Shown here: positions 55,001 through 64,000 of the stretch, in pieces
Layout: every line of letters starts with the position of its first letter
Position numbering within the stretch: position 1 is the first letter of the stretch
Source of the DNA: a virus
Virus record (IMG/VR): IMGVR_UViG_3300046542_000074
Coordinates: 1 to 64,000 of that record
Reading direction: 5' to 3' (one strand)
DNA: 64,000 nt
Program-made: the position numbers and the translations under genes
The notes under the pieces: model-generated
What the model saw: only the letters and a program-made list of their open reading frames with translations
Told to the model about the DNA's origin: nothing
The model's database searches: none

Positions 55001-57490
55001 CGTATCGAAGATGCTGAAGGCGATATCATCACTCAAGCCGGTGCCATCTCTAACCTTCAAACAACAGTTACAACTCAAGGCAACACTATTACCTCTCAGG
55101 GTAATAGCATTACGGCGTTGAACAACAGCCTAATCACAACCAACACTAACGTTACAGCCGCTCAGAATGCCGCTAACGCAGCTAACACTCTGGCTGGTGG
55201 CAAAGGTAAGGTACTTGTCCAATCCACTACTCCAGTTGCGGCTGATCAGCTTGCACAGAACTTGTGGATCGATACAACAGGTGGTGCTAACACACCTAAA
55301 CGTTGGTCTGGTAGTGCATGGCTCGCAGTAACTGATAAAGTTGCTACAGACGCAGCAGCAGCAGCTTCAAGCGCATTGACGCAGGTAGCAACTAAGGCTG
55401 ATTCCTCTGTTGTGTCTGCATTGACTGGACGTGTTACAACTGCCGAAGGTTTGATTACTTCTCAAGGCAGTGACATTGTTGCATTGAACCAGAGCATCGG
55501 TAGTGTAGGTGGTGAAAACCTCCTGTACAACCCTTCGTTCGATAAGCCTAGTACAACTACCGGATTAGCGGATGGTTGGACATCAGGCGGAACAGCAGTT
55601 GTTGTGCCTACACTCGTAGCCTCTACCTTAGACCCTGCTGGGTTCACACAACGAGTTGATGCAACTAGCCTGAGTGCATCAGTCTATGCAGATGTGATCA
55701 CCGCTGTAACTAAACGTCCAGTAGCAGTGACAGGACAGATCCATACCGTGTCTGCTTATGTTCGGGCAACGGTAGGGTGTAGTGTACGTCTTTATGTGCA
55801 GTGTGTTAACTCTGCTGGATCTGCAATTGGTACAACCAACGGAACTCTAGTTACTACAGATGGCACTTGGCAACGTATAGTTGTTACATCTAACGCAGCT
55901 CCAGCAGGTGTTGCTAAAATCTCCATTATCGCTCGTTTCTACGGAACAGCAGCAATCAATACAGGGTTTGCGGAATGGGATCGGGCACAGCTTGAGATTT
56001 CCCCTGTAGTAACTGGTTGGAGGGATAGTGGACTTGCATTGTCGTCGGCTCAATCAGCAACCTCTACAGCACTAGACGCTCTAACTTCTGTAGTTACAAC
56101 TCAAGGCAACACTATTACTAGTGTAGGTGCTCGTACTACAACACTGGAAAACTCAGTAAACTCCCCAACTACGGGTCTGGGTTCTAAAGCCAGTGCGACC
56201 AGTGTTGACACCTTAACTAACCGTGTTACCGCCACTGAAACCGCAATCACTGCCTCTGCCCAAGATATCACCAGTCTGACAACAGAAGTTCACTTCCGTG
56301 AACTGGAAGAGTTGTATGCAGGTGACGAGACAGACGCGCAGATTGATGATAGTTTGCGCATCGCAAGTGGAGCGGCAAGTGCTACAGAAGCTCTAACATC
56401 TAAAGTGACACAAGTTGACGGTAAGGTTACAGCACAAGCAGAGCAAATTACTAACCTGACAGCTAGCCTGAGTAATACTGATGGTGTAGTTGCAGGACAA
56501 GCCGCTGCTGTTTCTTCTTTAACTGCAACCGTTACCTCACAAGGTGACGCAATAACCAGTCAAAGTGCTTCTATCACATCGCTTGGTAGTCGTGTTACAA
56601 CTGCCGAAGGAACAATAACTGCTCAAGCTGGTGCCATCTCAACAATGGATACCAAAGTTACTGATCTTGATGGTAAAGTAACAGCTACATCCACTAAGGT
56701 TGACGGTGTATATGCTCAAGTCAACCCAACCTTGGCAGGTGAGGATGCTGGTTATGCTGGCTCTGATCAGGCGTTAGCTGGTGCATGGTCTGAACAGTCT
56801 GCACGTATTGAAGATGGTATTGCTATGGGTCAACGTGTTGATACCGTACAAGCTTCTATCGATGATGTGAGTGCTGCTGTACAAACCGAAACTCTAGCTC
56901 GCGTTAATGCTGACGGCGCACTTGCTAGTCAAGTCACTACGGTACAAGCAAGTGTCACTGTTGCTCAAAATACAGCAGACGCTGCATACAATGGTATGGT
57001 GACTAACACTGCCGCTGTTCAAACTGTCGCACAAGCACAAGTTACAGCAGACGGTAAGGCAAGTGCAATGTGGGGTGTTAAGTTGCAAGTCAACCAATGG
57101 GGTCAATATGTAGTTGCTGGTATTGGGCTAGGTATTGAAAACACTAGTGCTGGTTTGCAGAGTTCGTTGATTGTAAATGCGAACAACTTCTACATCTCTA
57201 ACGGTGTGAATGCTAACGTTGCAGTTCCATTCGCTGTAGTTGGTGGTCAGACATTCATCAGTAGTGCAGTTATCCAAGATGCTTCGATTACAATGTTGAA
57301 GATTGGTGATAACCTACAATCAGATAACTACGTCGCTGGTGTATCGGGTTGGAGAATGCTGAAATCTGGCACTTTTGAAATCAATGGGAATATCGCCGGT
57401 CAAGGTCGTATGACAATGACTAACCGCTCGTTGCGAGTCTACGACGGTAACGGTGTTAAACGTGTGCAATTGGGAGATTTAACAGAATGA
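52022..57490 (+). CDS. central tail tip protein J-like
   Basis: GSKGGG, YPNTAL, SNNPAW, FNIII repeats, coiled coil; TTG start after AAGGAG. Confidence 0.92.
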   Translation: MLEYNIEGSKGGGDKPHTPVETPNNLLSVAQAKILIAVAEGTLGGTPTGKDIFLGGTPLLDANGNPNFGGVTWEWRSGTSPQTYIQGMPDVSNEMTVGVELTSTTPYVRAITKSTLSAVRVTLSWAALMQQQSNGDTTGYKIDYAIDIATNGGAYVLYSNYTVDGKTNTTYERTHRVNLPTGTNWSLRVRRITPNSQSSTIQDTMTIKSVAEVIDVKQTYPNTALLFVQFDSRLFGGTIPKISVRTKGKVIRVPDNYDPETRSYSGTWSGAFKWAYSNNPAWVFYDIVTGDRYGLGSRVTADQIDKWALYEVAQYCDVLVDDGKGAGTKEPRHTCNIYIQSKADAWTVLRDIASIFNGMTYWNGNKFVAVADKQEPLDNIPVFGRSNVVNGKFNYQTTDVRSINTSALVSYDDPNNHFNTEVEAVWEKSQILRWGGDKQTTMSAIGCTSRGQAQRMGKYNLITNMYNRTVVFKTGLQGLNEQVAPGSVIGVADPLIAGKPFTGRLASGTTTVVTLDRTTEAKAGDKLFITKSDGTTQGRTVSAVSGKVITLTTAYSEVPKIDAVWYLEASDLKSQLFRVIKITSPSESIYEITAAEYNDSKFAAIDNGARLEARPISKVPSGSQAAPASVTVSAKSYTEQTLAVTTMTVSWPQTPNATLYEGQWRVGSGDWVPLGTTGGLNFDVKGIYTGAYIARVRAINASGVMSVWKESVQTNLAGKVGAPPALTSLTVTPIVFGMQINWTFPQGAEDSARTEIMYSQTQFFADAKKLGDFAYPQASHEMNGLKAGQRFFFWGRLVDRTGNVGPYFPLTTAVGVMGESSTDFSEYEEYFKDQINNSALGQELAERIDKIEVIERTTEIIEAQLGATEASVAEVKESTDLAVSDLNRDVDLLNNDLAALQTQVDNIKDAALYDPTKTYVKGDSVRVGDRLYQAKQAVPINTSPPNTTYWLDVGQVVEEAGAVAVQVGLNTVAISNQGGILTAQGQKLDALDVRIEDAEGDIITQAGAISNLQTTVTTQGNTITSQGNSITALNNSLITTNTNVTAAQNAANAANTLAGGKGKVLVQSTTPVAADQLAQNLWIDTTGGANTPKRWSGSAWLAVTDKVATDAAAAASSALTQVATKADSSVVSALTGRVTTAEGLITSQGSDIVALNQSIGSVGGENLLYNPSFDKPSTTTGLADGWTSGGTAVVVPTLVASTLDPAGFTQRVDATSLSASVYADVITAVTKRPVAVTGQIHTVSAYVRATVGCSVRLYVQCVNSAGSAIGTTNGTLVTTDGTWQRIVVTSNAAPAGVAKISIIARFYGTAAINTGFAEWDRAQLEISPVVTGWRDSGLALSSAQSATSTALDALTSVVTTQGNTITSVGARTTTLENSVNSPTTGLGSKASATSVDTLTNRVTATETAITASAQDITSLTTEVHFRELEELYAGDETDAQIDDSLRIASGAASATEALTSKVTQVDGKVTAQAEQITNLTASLSNTDGVVAGQAAAVSSLTATVTSQGDAITSQSASITSLGSRVTTAEGTITAQAGAISTMDTKVTDLDGKVTATSTKVDGVYAQVNPTLAGEDAGYAGSDQALAGAWSEQSARIEDGIAMGQRVDTVQASIDDVSAAVQTETLARVNADGALASQVTTVQASVTVAQNTADAAYNGMVTNTAAVQTVAQAQVTADGKASAMWGVKLQVNQWGQYVVAGIGLGIENTSAGLQSSLIVNANNFYISNGVNANVAVPFAVVGGQTFISSAVIQDASITMLKIGDNLQSDNYVAGVSGWRMLKSGTFEINGNIAGQGRMTMTNRSLRVYDGNGVKRVQLGDLTE

Positions 57491-57813
57491 GTTATGGGCT
57501 AAAAACATGGAGTGATAATGGCACTCCTGAGCTTGATACAGATAATTTCACGTATCAAGTTATCCACAATGGGTTGTATCAGTTGACAGTAAACCAAGTG
57601 CTAACTATCCCCATTGCGGGGTTTAGCCCTTCAAACTGTGCTGCTGCAATTCTTCCGACACAAGCTGCTGGATTCGAAAACAGTGCAAATGCACTACCCT
57701 ATGAAACGGTAAGTGAGGGTTCTGTGACTATTCGGTCGCGTAACCCTTCTGAGCCAAGTTCATCTATTGGATCAGCTATCGAGTTTAGACTTTTAGTAAT
57801 GAGGTATGCATGA
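57487..57813 (+). CDS. tail tip accessory protein
   Basis: MSYGL start, follows J. Confidence 0.7.
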   Translation: MSYGLKTWSDNGTPELDTDNFTYQVIHNGLYQLTVNQVLTIPIAGFSPSNCAAAILPTQAAGFENSANALPYETVSEGSVTIRSRNPSEPSSSIGSAIEFRLLVMRYA

Positions 57814-58502
57814 GTTATGGATTAACGGCAATTAACGGTAGTAACTACGTTCAAATTGATTCGGAAACACCACGATTGTGTTCTTTGTACAATGGGACAT
57901 ATCAAGCAACAAGTGATCACTATGCAAGGGTATACTTTCCAGCACCGATTACAACAAGTGAACCACCTTGCATTTTTATCCGCAATGATCCTTCCAGACC
58001 AAATGACCTTTACTATAAGATGACCTTATATGGAAGTCCCGGTAACTGGACAGGTTTTGAAGTGATGGCAGCTAACGTAACTTTCAGACCACTTGGTAAA
58101 TGGTTTGCTGCTGTATTTGCATCGGTGGCTAAGAACTCTTATGGTTTACGAATTTGGAATGCCGGTGGTGGTCTTTGTTATGACTCTGGTGCGATTCCAG
58201 TGATTGTAACTCGTGCTAATCATTCTTGGGCTTATGCTGGTAGTGCTCAACTTCCTGATTATGGTGCTCAATATTACTGGCAGAATGGTTCAGTTGGAGC
58301 ATTGGCATCTGATGAATACTTCATGATCAATCCCTTCTCTCGTGGTCTGTTACGACCTCAGAATAATGGGTGGATTAACTTAGGGGTACGGTTCAACTAC
58401 AATGAAAATAGATTGCAACTTTATTGTGTTGCACTTGGTGCTGGTCCTTGGACTGATAATGGTCAACCAGCAGCGGTATTTGCTCGACTACCCGGCACTT
58501 AA
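57810..58502 (+). CDS. tail tip accessory protein
   Basis: MSYGL start, YGLRIWN..YDSG. Confidence 0.7.
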   Translation: MSYGLTAINGSNYVQIDSETPRLCSLYNGTYQATSDHYARVYFPAPITTSEPPCIFIRNDPSRPNDLYYKMTLYGSPGNWTGFEVMAANVTFRPLGKWFAAVFASVAKNSYGLRIWNAGGGLCYDSGAIPVIVTRANHSWAYAGSAQLPDYGAQYYWQNGSVGALASDEYFMINPFSRGLLRPQNNGWINLGVRFNYNENRLQLYCVALGAGPWTDNGQPAAVFARLPGT

Positions 58503-58534
58503 TGCTTAATACACTTAATTAAGGAGAAACAGAA

Positions 58535-59263
58535 ATGGCTAAACAAACGATTAACTTGGGTACTTTACCAACTGGTGTTGGTGGTGATACACCACGAAGT
58601 GCTTTTACAAAAGCTCAGGCAAACTTTGATGAGCTTTATACTCAACTTGGTGGAACCACTTTACCCGCAGCATTACCGGTAACAAAAGGTGGCACTGGTG
58701 GTACAACAGCAGCAACGGCTCGTACATCTCTTGGACTTGTACCACAAACATCAGCAACTGACACAACAGCAGGAGCATTGCTGACGCCGGGAGCTTTCGG
58801 TTGGGGTTTGAATGGTGGAACTCTTACAACTATTTCAGATGCTAACGGTCAACGACCATCGGGATTGTACTACATTTTAAGTGGTTCTGGTAATGTGCCA
58901 GTCGTAGGCGATGGTCTGTTGGAGGTTAGAAACCTATCAAACGCCGTCCTATACCAAGCCCTCACTTATTGGGGTACTGGTCGAAAGTTTGAGAGAATCT
59001 ATGTTACAAACTCATGGTCTCCTTGGTTTGAAATTCTCACAACTAGGAACTTTGTAGTCTCTATTGTTCCGGGTGAGATTGGCTCGCTATCAATACTAAA
59101 GAACTTAACCGGTACTACTATTACGAGCAACAGCAACGTTGCTGGATCACAACTTAGTTACAGTGACACTGCTAACGCTTCATGGGGTGCGCCACCGGGT
59201 AGTTGGAAATGTATGAGTGCTGTTGGTGCAAATAACGCTACTTTGTTCATGAGGGTCGCATAA
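58535..59263 (+). CDS. tail fibre protein
   Basis: KQTINLG..GDTPRSAFTK..NFDELY; GGTGGTTAATARTSLG. Confidence 0.8.
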   Translation: MAKQTINLGTLPTGVGGDTPRSAFTKAQANFDELYTQLGGTTLPAALPVTKGGTGGTTAATARTSLGLVPQTSATDTTAGALLTPGAFGWGLNGGTLTTISDANGQRPSGLYYILSGSGNVPVVGDGLLEVRNLSNAVLYQALTYWGTGRKFERIYVTNSWSPWFEILTTRNFVVSIVPGEIGSLSILKNLTGTTITSNSNVAGSQLSYSDTANASWGAPPGSWKCMSAVGANNATLFMRVA

Positions 59264-59787
59264 TGGAAGTTAGAAATCTATGTTATAATAAATGTGGAAC
59301 AATTGACTGTGAAATCTTACACGAAGATTTTGGTTGGATTCCCTTCACAGCCTCCCCTCATGATAATGTCGGTAATGGTGCTGAAGTGTATGAATCAGCC
59401 ATTTCTGGTGATTATGGTGACATTGAACCGTATATGGAAGTACCGCCAACTGAAGCGCAGTACAAAGCTATTATCGCTGAAAGACGATACAAGGCTGAAA
59501 CGGCTGGAGTGACTGTAAATGGTGTTTCTGTTTACACTGATAGGACAACACAGAACAAACTTACGGCTACATCAGTAAGAGCACAACGTGATCCTAGTTA
59601 TAAAGTTAAGTGGAAGCAGACAGACAACACATTTGTTGAGCTTACAGCGGAACAAATCATTATGATCGGTGATGTAGTTGGTGATTATGTTCAAGAATGT
59701 TACACACGCGAGTCTGAACTAATTCAAGCACTGGTAGACGGTTTGTTTACTGAAGAAATGTTAACGGAGGGATGGCCTAATGGCTAA
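59263..59787 (+). CDS. tail fibre assembly chaperone (DUF4376-like)
   Basis: IDCEI...GWIPFTASP; RYKAETAGV; VQECY. Confidence 0.75.
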   Translation: MEVRNLCYNKCGTIDCEILHEDFGWIPFTASPHDNVGNGAEVYESAISGDYGDIEPYMEVPPTEAQYKAIIAERRYKAETAGVTVNGVSVYTDRTTQNKLTATSVRAQRDPSYKVKWKQTDNTFVELTAEQIIMIGDVVGDYVQECYTRESELIQALVDGLFTEEMLTEGWPNG

Positions 59788-60358
59788 GCAAACTTATATC
59801 AACGCCACATCTGGTGGTGGTTGGGTTGATATTGTAGCAGGTGAATGCACGATTGCATCGCTCGTTATGAACGCAACCTCTCAAGATACAATCGTGGCAT
59901 TGCGGATTCTCAAGGGTGGAACAACACCATCTTTGATTATTCCTAGCAACATTCTGAAGTATAACTCACCACACAGACCAGCAGTGGGTGGTATCGCTCT
60001 TAAACCTACAGACAAGTTGCAATGCTTGTCTGAGTATTCGGTAGATTGGATCACCACTACTATCACTGGTGCAGCATACAACACTTTGGTTGCAACATCT
60101 CCCGCTGGTAAAGCATGGGTAACTCTAGTTAGTGGTCCGGTTACTGTCCGTGCAATCTTTGCATGTGTTCCATACGGTGGTGTTGTAGGAATTCGACTCC
60201 ATAAGACAGCCTCCGATGCTGCCGTTGTCTTAGCAGAAGAGGTTACATCAGCGGGTTCTAAGCGGCTAGTTACTCCCATCGTTCTAGCTACGGGGGATTC
60301 AATTCAAGTTCAAAGTACAGAAAACGCCCAGTGGATTGCTACCGGTGTGGGTACATAA
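59780..60358 (+). CDS. putative virion protein with two internal repeats
   Basis: GWVDIV..LKPTDKLQ vs AWVTLV..LATGDSIQ. Confidence 0.6.
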   Translation: MAKQTYINATSGGGWVDIVAGECTIASLVMNATSQDTIVALRILKGGTTPSLIIPSNILKYNSPHRPAVGGIALKPTDKLQCLSEYSVDWITTTITGAAYNTLVATSPAGKAWVTLVSGPVTVRAIFACVPYGGVVGIRLHKTASDAAVVLAEEVTSAGSKRLVTPIVLATGDSIQVQSTENAQWIATGVGT

Positions 60359-60373
60359 GTAAGGAGAAATAAT

Positions 60374-63052
60374 ATGAGTGCAATGGGTCTTGTGACCACG
60401 CTTCAGGGTGTGGACAACACTGCTAACTTGAACCTAGACTTCATTAACCAGAAGTATTCGGTTAACGGAGTTAACAAAAACTTCAACGATATCATCACGT
60501 TCACACGTAGCAGCACAGCCACTTATTTTGGTAGTGACGGTCTACTTAAAACCGCTGATGTTAACACACCACGATTTGAATATGACCCTGTTACCAAAGC
60601 CATGAGAGGGCTTCTGGCTGAAGAGTCACGTACAAACTTCCTAACATACAGCGAACAGATTGATAACACCACATGGACCAAAGCTGGCTGCACAATTGGC
60701 TCTAATATAGCTACGGCACCTAACGGACTTGCTTCTGCTGATAAACTCACCGAGACGGCTATCACAGGGTCACACTATGTTGAGCAAGTTTACAACTCTA
60801 CCTTCACATCAGGTGTAGTGTACTGTTTCTCTGTGTATCTAAAGGCAAGTGAAAGGACATTTGCAAGGCTCGCGTCATATTACGCGGTAGGGAGTTCTGG
60901 TGGTCTGAGTATGTGGGTGGACCTTGGAAACAAGACCGTGCAATCTACGTCTGCAAGCATCTTAGCTAGTGGTATTGTTGATGTTGGGAACGGGTGGCTT
61001 CGCTGCTGGTTTACGGCAGCCGTCGATACTCCCGCTGAAGCCAGAGTTCTGTTCCGCATCCACACTACACTAGCTGGTCAAGTTAGTTCTTATGCTGGTG
61101 ACGGTGTTTCGGGTGTATATGTTTGGGGTGCTCAACTTGAGACTGGTTTGTTTGCAACATCGTACATGCCGACACAGCCAGTGTTCACTGGGAGAACTAG
61201 TACAGCCACTTACTTTGACAATACTGGTGTGTTGAGAACGGCTGCATCGGGTGTTGCTCGTAACGGTTTCATCTTGATTGGAGCAACATGGGTTCCACAA
61301 GGACTGGTACTAGAAACTGCTGCAACTAATATCACAACATACTCTGCATTGAATCATTCTGTCTGGACAAGAGGGACAGGCGCTACATGGACCGATGGGC
61401 AGGTATTTGTTGATGGCACTAATACAGCAATACTAGCTACAGGGCTTACAGGTAGTTCAATTGTCTTTTCAGGTACAACCATGTATCGTACACTTATCCC
61501 TGTGACTGCTGCTTCGACCTACACATTCAGTGTGTTTGCTAAGTTGAAGACTGCAAGCACTACAGGGCTTAGGTTGCGGGTACAGTCCAACCCGTCTGCC
61601 ACTAACTTCAACGTTGATATCCCGCTGACAACAACCGACTGGACACGAGCATCTATCACTGTAACGATCCCGGCTGGAGACACGAGTGTTGTACTTCTAA
61701 TGGGTACTGCTACATCACCTATCGATGTTTACCTTGGCGGTGTTCAACTGGAGTTAGGGACATATCCAACATCCTATGTTCCGACACCAGCAACTTTTAC
61801 ATCTCGTTCAAGTGTAGCCACTTACCAAGATTCCGCTGGAGTATTGCAGACAGCAGCAACTAACGTGGCTCGTAGTAGTGCTTACAGTTACGACTCGACA
61901 GGCACGTTACGTCCAATCGGTCTGTTGATTGAGTCTACTGCTGCAACCAATCTTCAACCATACAGTGAGCAGTTTGAAAATGCGGTGTATACGAGGGCAG
62001 GTTCCTCGGTTGTTGCAAACTCTACAGCCGCTCCTAACGGTACAACCACTGCTGATAAACTTGTTGAGAGTACAGCGGCAGGTGCCCACTACACGGACTA
62101 CACATATAATGGAACTTTTGCGACAGGGGATACATATACTTACTCGGTATTTGTGAAACCTGCTGGTCGCACGTTTGTTCGGCTCAACCTCTACTATGCA
62201 ATAGGTGCGTCTGGTGGTGCTAACGCGCTATTTAATCTGACGAATAAAACAGCAACTCCGGGTGGTGTGTCGTCAACTCAGGGTGTTGTTGACATGGGTA
62301 ATGGTTGGCTGCGTTGCTGGATTTCTGGTGTTGTTGACACACCGGCTGAAACACGCCTTCTTGCAAGAACAATGATTAGCGACGGTACTGTTGGTAGCTC
62401 GTACACTGGTGATGGTGTTTCTGGTCTGTTTCTGTGGGGCAGTCAACTTGAGGCTGGTAAAGTACCTACTAGCTATATCCAGACAGTGGCAACAAGTGCA
62501 ACTCGTGCGGCAGATGTTTCTACCAGCGTTGCTGCTACAAGAACTGCTGATACATCCACTAGCTCTACTACAACTCGTGTGAAAGATGGTGTATCTATTA
62601 ATACACTAACTCCTTGGTACAACCAGTCGGCTGGTACTATCGCACTTAACTATACACCACTTGGGCCACGGAGTGGATCGGGATTCACTGCTTCGTTTTC
62701 GACCGACGCTAACAACTACTTAGGCTTCTGTTATCAGAATACTAGTCCTACTGGTGCTGTTGGTAACACTTATTGGAGGAATGGTGGTAGTGGTCTTATT
62801 TCCACTTTCGTCAACGGGAACTTCAATATCCGACACAAAGTGGTTAATGCTTGGTCAGGAACTACGCTGTCTACTTCTGCTGATGGGGCAACAACCCTGA
62901 CAGGCACATCTGTTACAGCCATCCCTGCTGCGACGAAGTTTGAACTTGGTGGTAGATTGAGTGGTTATGACACTTCTAACTACTTCAGCGGCGTTCAATT
63001 CTATTCTCGTAGATTGACTGACAGTATGCTTCAAGTAATGAGTTCTTCATGA
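60374..63052 (+). CDS. large fibre/spike protein with three tandem repeat domains
   Basis: Repeated FTR.S.ATY..GLL.E...TN..QLE.G...TSY.PT. Confidence 0.75.
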   Translation: MSAMGLVTTLQGVDNTANLNLDFINQKYSVNGVNKNFNDIITFTRSSTATYFGSDGLLKTADVNTPRFEYDPVTKAMRGLLAEESRTNFLTYSEQIDNTTWTKAGCTIGSNIATAPNGLASADKLTETAITGSHYVEQVYNSTFTSGVVYCFSVYLKASERTFARLASYYAVGSSGGLSMWVDLGNKTVQSTSASILASGIVDVGNGWLRCWFTAAVDTPAEARVLFRIHTTLAGQVSSYAGDGVSGVYVWGAQLETGLFATSYMPTQPVFTGRTSTATYFDNTGVLRTAASGVARNGFILIGATWVPQGLVLETAATNITTYSALNHSVWTRGTGATWTDGQVFVDGTNTAILATGLTGSSIVFSGTTMYRTLIPVTAASTYTFSVFAKLKTASTTGLRLRVQSNPSATNFNVDIPLTTTDWTRASITVTIPAGDTSVVLLMGTATSPIDVYLGGVQLELGTYPTSYVPTPATFTSRSSVATYQDSAGVLQTAATNVARSSAYSYDSTGTLRPIGLLIESTAATNLQPYSEQFENAVYTRAGSSVVANSTAAPNGTTTADKLVESTAAGAHYTDYTYNGTFATGDTYTYSVFVKPAGRTFVRLNLYYAIGASGGANALFNLTNKTATPGGVSSTQGVVDMGNGWLRCWISGVVDTPAETRLLARTMISDGTVGSSYTGDGVSGLFLWGSQLEAGKVPTSYIQTVATSATRAADVSTSVAATRTADTSTSSTTTRVKDGVSINTLTPWYNQSAGTIALNYTPLGPRSGSGFTASFSTDANNYLGFCYQNTSPTGAVGNTYWRNGGSGLISTFVNGNFNIRHKVVNAWSGTTLSTSADGATTLTGTSVTAIPAATKFELGGRLSGYDTSNYFSGVQFYSRRLTDSMLQVMSSS

Positions 63053-63064
63053 GGAATCTGTGAA

Positions 63065-63427
63065 ATGACAAGCGAGTTTGCAACAACACTAAAGACTGAG
63101 CAATTGGAGCGAACGAAGTTTAGGCTTCTCGCTCCGCTGCACTTCCGTGATCCAGTTGGTGACGTAATTGTACCTGCTGAGTTCACCACAGACTTCGCCA
63201 GTTTGAAAGCTGTACACAACATGTTCCTGTATCCTCTGTATGCTCTTGTGAGTGGGTATGGGAACTACGGTTCCACTGTTCATGACTACCTTTACACCAC
63301 TAAGATGGTAAGCCGTAGGGTAGCCGACAAGTATCTCTATCGTGCCTTGCGTGCAGAAGGAGTAGCTAAATGGCGCTCTTTCCTCTTCTATATCGGTGTA
63401 CGTCTAGGTGGTTGGAAGCATTACTAA
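63065..63427 (+). CDS. DUF1353-like protein
   Basis: VPAEFTTDFAS, VHDYLY, AD, GVRLGG. Confidence 0.8.
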   Translation: MTSEFATTLKTEQLERTKFRLLAPLHFRDPVGDVIVPAEFTTDFASLKAVHNMFLYPLYALVSGYGNYGSTVHDYLYTTKMVSRRVADKYLYRALRAEGVAKWRSFLFYIGVRLGGWKHY

Positions 63428-63439
63428 AGAGGGTAAAAT

Positions 63440-63997
63440 ATGGGTGTTAGAATAACTGATTCACTTAAGAAGAAAATACTGGTGGCCCTTGTGGCTGCTG
63501 GTATCTCTGGCCCAAGTGCTTATGTCGCCACACAACTTACTGTTCCATCAGAAGGCTTTGAGTTGGTTGTCTATGCTGATCCAGTGGGATTGCCCACCGT
63601 GTGTATTGGTCACATGGATAAGAAGCTTGTTGTCGGAACAAAGGTGACAGAAGAGTATTGTGTTCGAACATTCGTTGAGGATTGGAATAAACATGAGAAA
63701 CTTCTGAATGGAGTTGTCAAGGTTGACTATAAGTCTGAGTGGATGTACGGGGCACTGACAGACTTCACATTCAACAAAGGCATTGGTAATGTCCAATCCA
63801 GTACGCTGCTTAAGCTGTTGAATAATAAGAAATATGACCAAGCTTGTGAGCAACTGTCTCGCTGGGTCTACGCAAAGAAAAATGGAGTTGCTGTTGTACT
63901 GCCGGGGCTGGTAATTAGGGCAAGTAAACAATACTCCTACTGTATGGGTATTGAGCCTGCCGATTATAAACAAACGATGTCTAGATATCTAGAATGA
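63440..63997 (+). CDS. SAR endolysin (GH24 lysozyme)
   Basis: KKK + weakly hydrophobic N-terminal anchor; EG..YAD..G.PTVCIG catalytic E-D-T; FNKG; LPGL. Confidence 0.88.
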   Translation: MGVRITDSLKKKILVALVAAGISGPSAYVATQLTVPSEGFELVVYADPVGLPTVCIGHMDKKLVVGTKVTEEYCVRTFVEDWNKHEKLLNGVVKVDYKSEWMYGALTDFTFNKGIGNVQSSTLLKLLNNKKYDQACEQLSRWVYAKKNGVAVVLPGLVIRASKQYSYCMGIEPADYKQTMSRYLE

Positions 63998-64000
63998 GGA

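Overview
This 64 kb window is part of a large tailed dsDNA phage genome. No integrase, CRISPR array or host genes are visible. The host is probably Pseudomonas or a related gammaproteobacterium, inferred from the tail-tip and fibre gene style. Layout: (1) 1-4970, + strand: small genes, then a Prs-like + Nampt-like pair matching the phage NAD-reconstitution pathway NARP1. (2) About 4970-17290: a self-contained early/host-takeover block of about 35 tiny genes driven by about 20 repeated sigma70-type promoter cassettes. It is bounded by two non-coding, palindrome-rich spacers and may be a long terminal repeat. (3) 17300-30460, - strand: HTH protein, cupin, Pif1 helicase, Ser/Thr phosphatase, DNA ligase, dCMP deaminase, KilA-N antirepressor, metallophosphoesterase and many small ORFs. 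(4) 30480-33620: iteron-like repeats, a wHTH protein and a cluster of 6 tRNAs with extra structured RNAs. (5) 33640-64000: SGNH esterase, terminases, portal, S49 protease/scaffold, capsid, a lambda-like (G/T-H-M-L-K-I-J) siphovirus tail, fibres and a SAR endolysin. The most notable new signal is a 17-bp palindromic site, NATAG-N7-CTATN, often paired at a 14-bp gap (31-bp period). It occurs at both edges of the early block and over the promoters of TerS, TerL, a tail gene and one other gene, suggesting one phage factor links the genome ends or packaging sites to late transcription. Other highlights are sequence-variable hairpins embedded in the early promoters, ORF-less early transcripts sharing a GGGAGRGTGGKCG motif, and a Y-RNA-like (permuted tRNA) element in the tRNA cluster. 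All calls were made by eye; no database searches were run.
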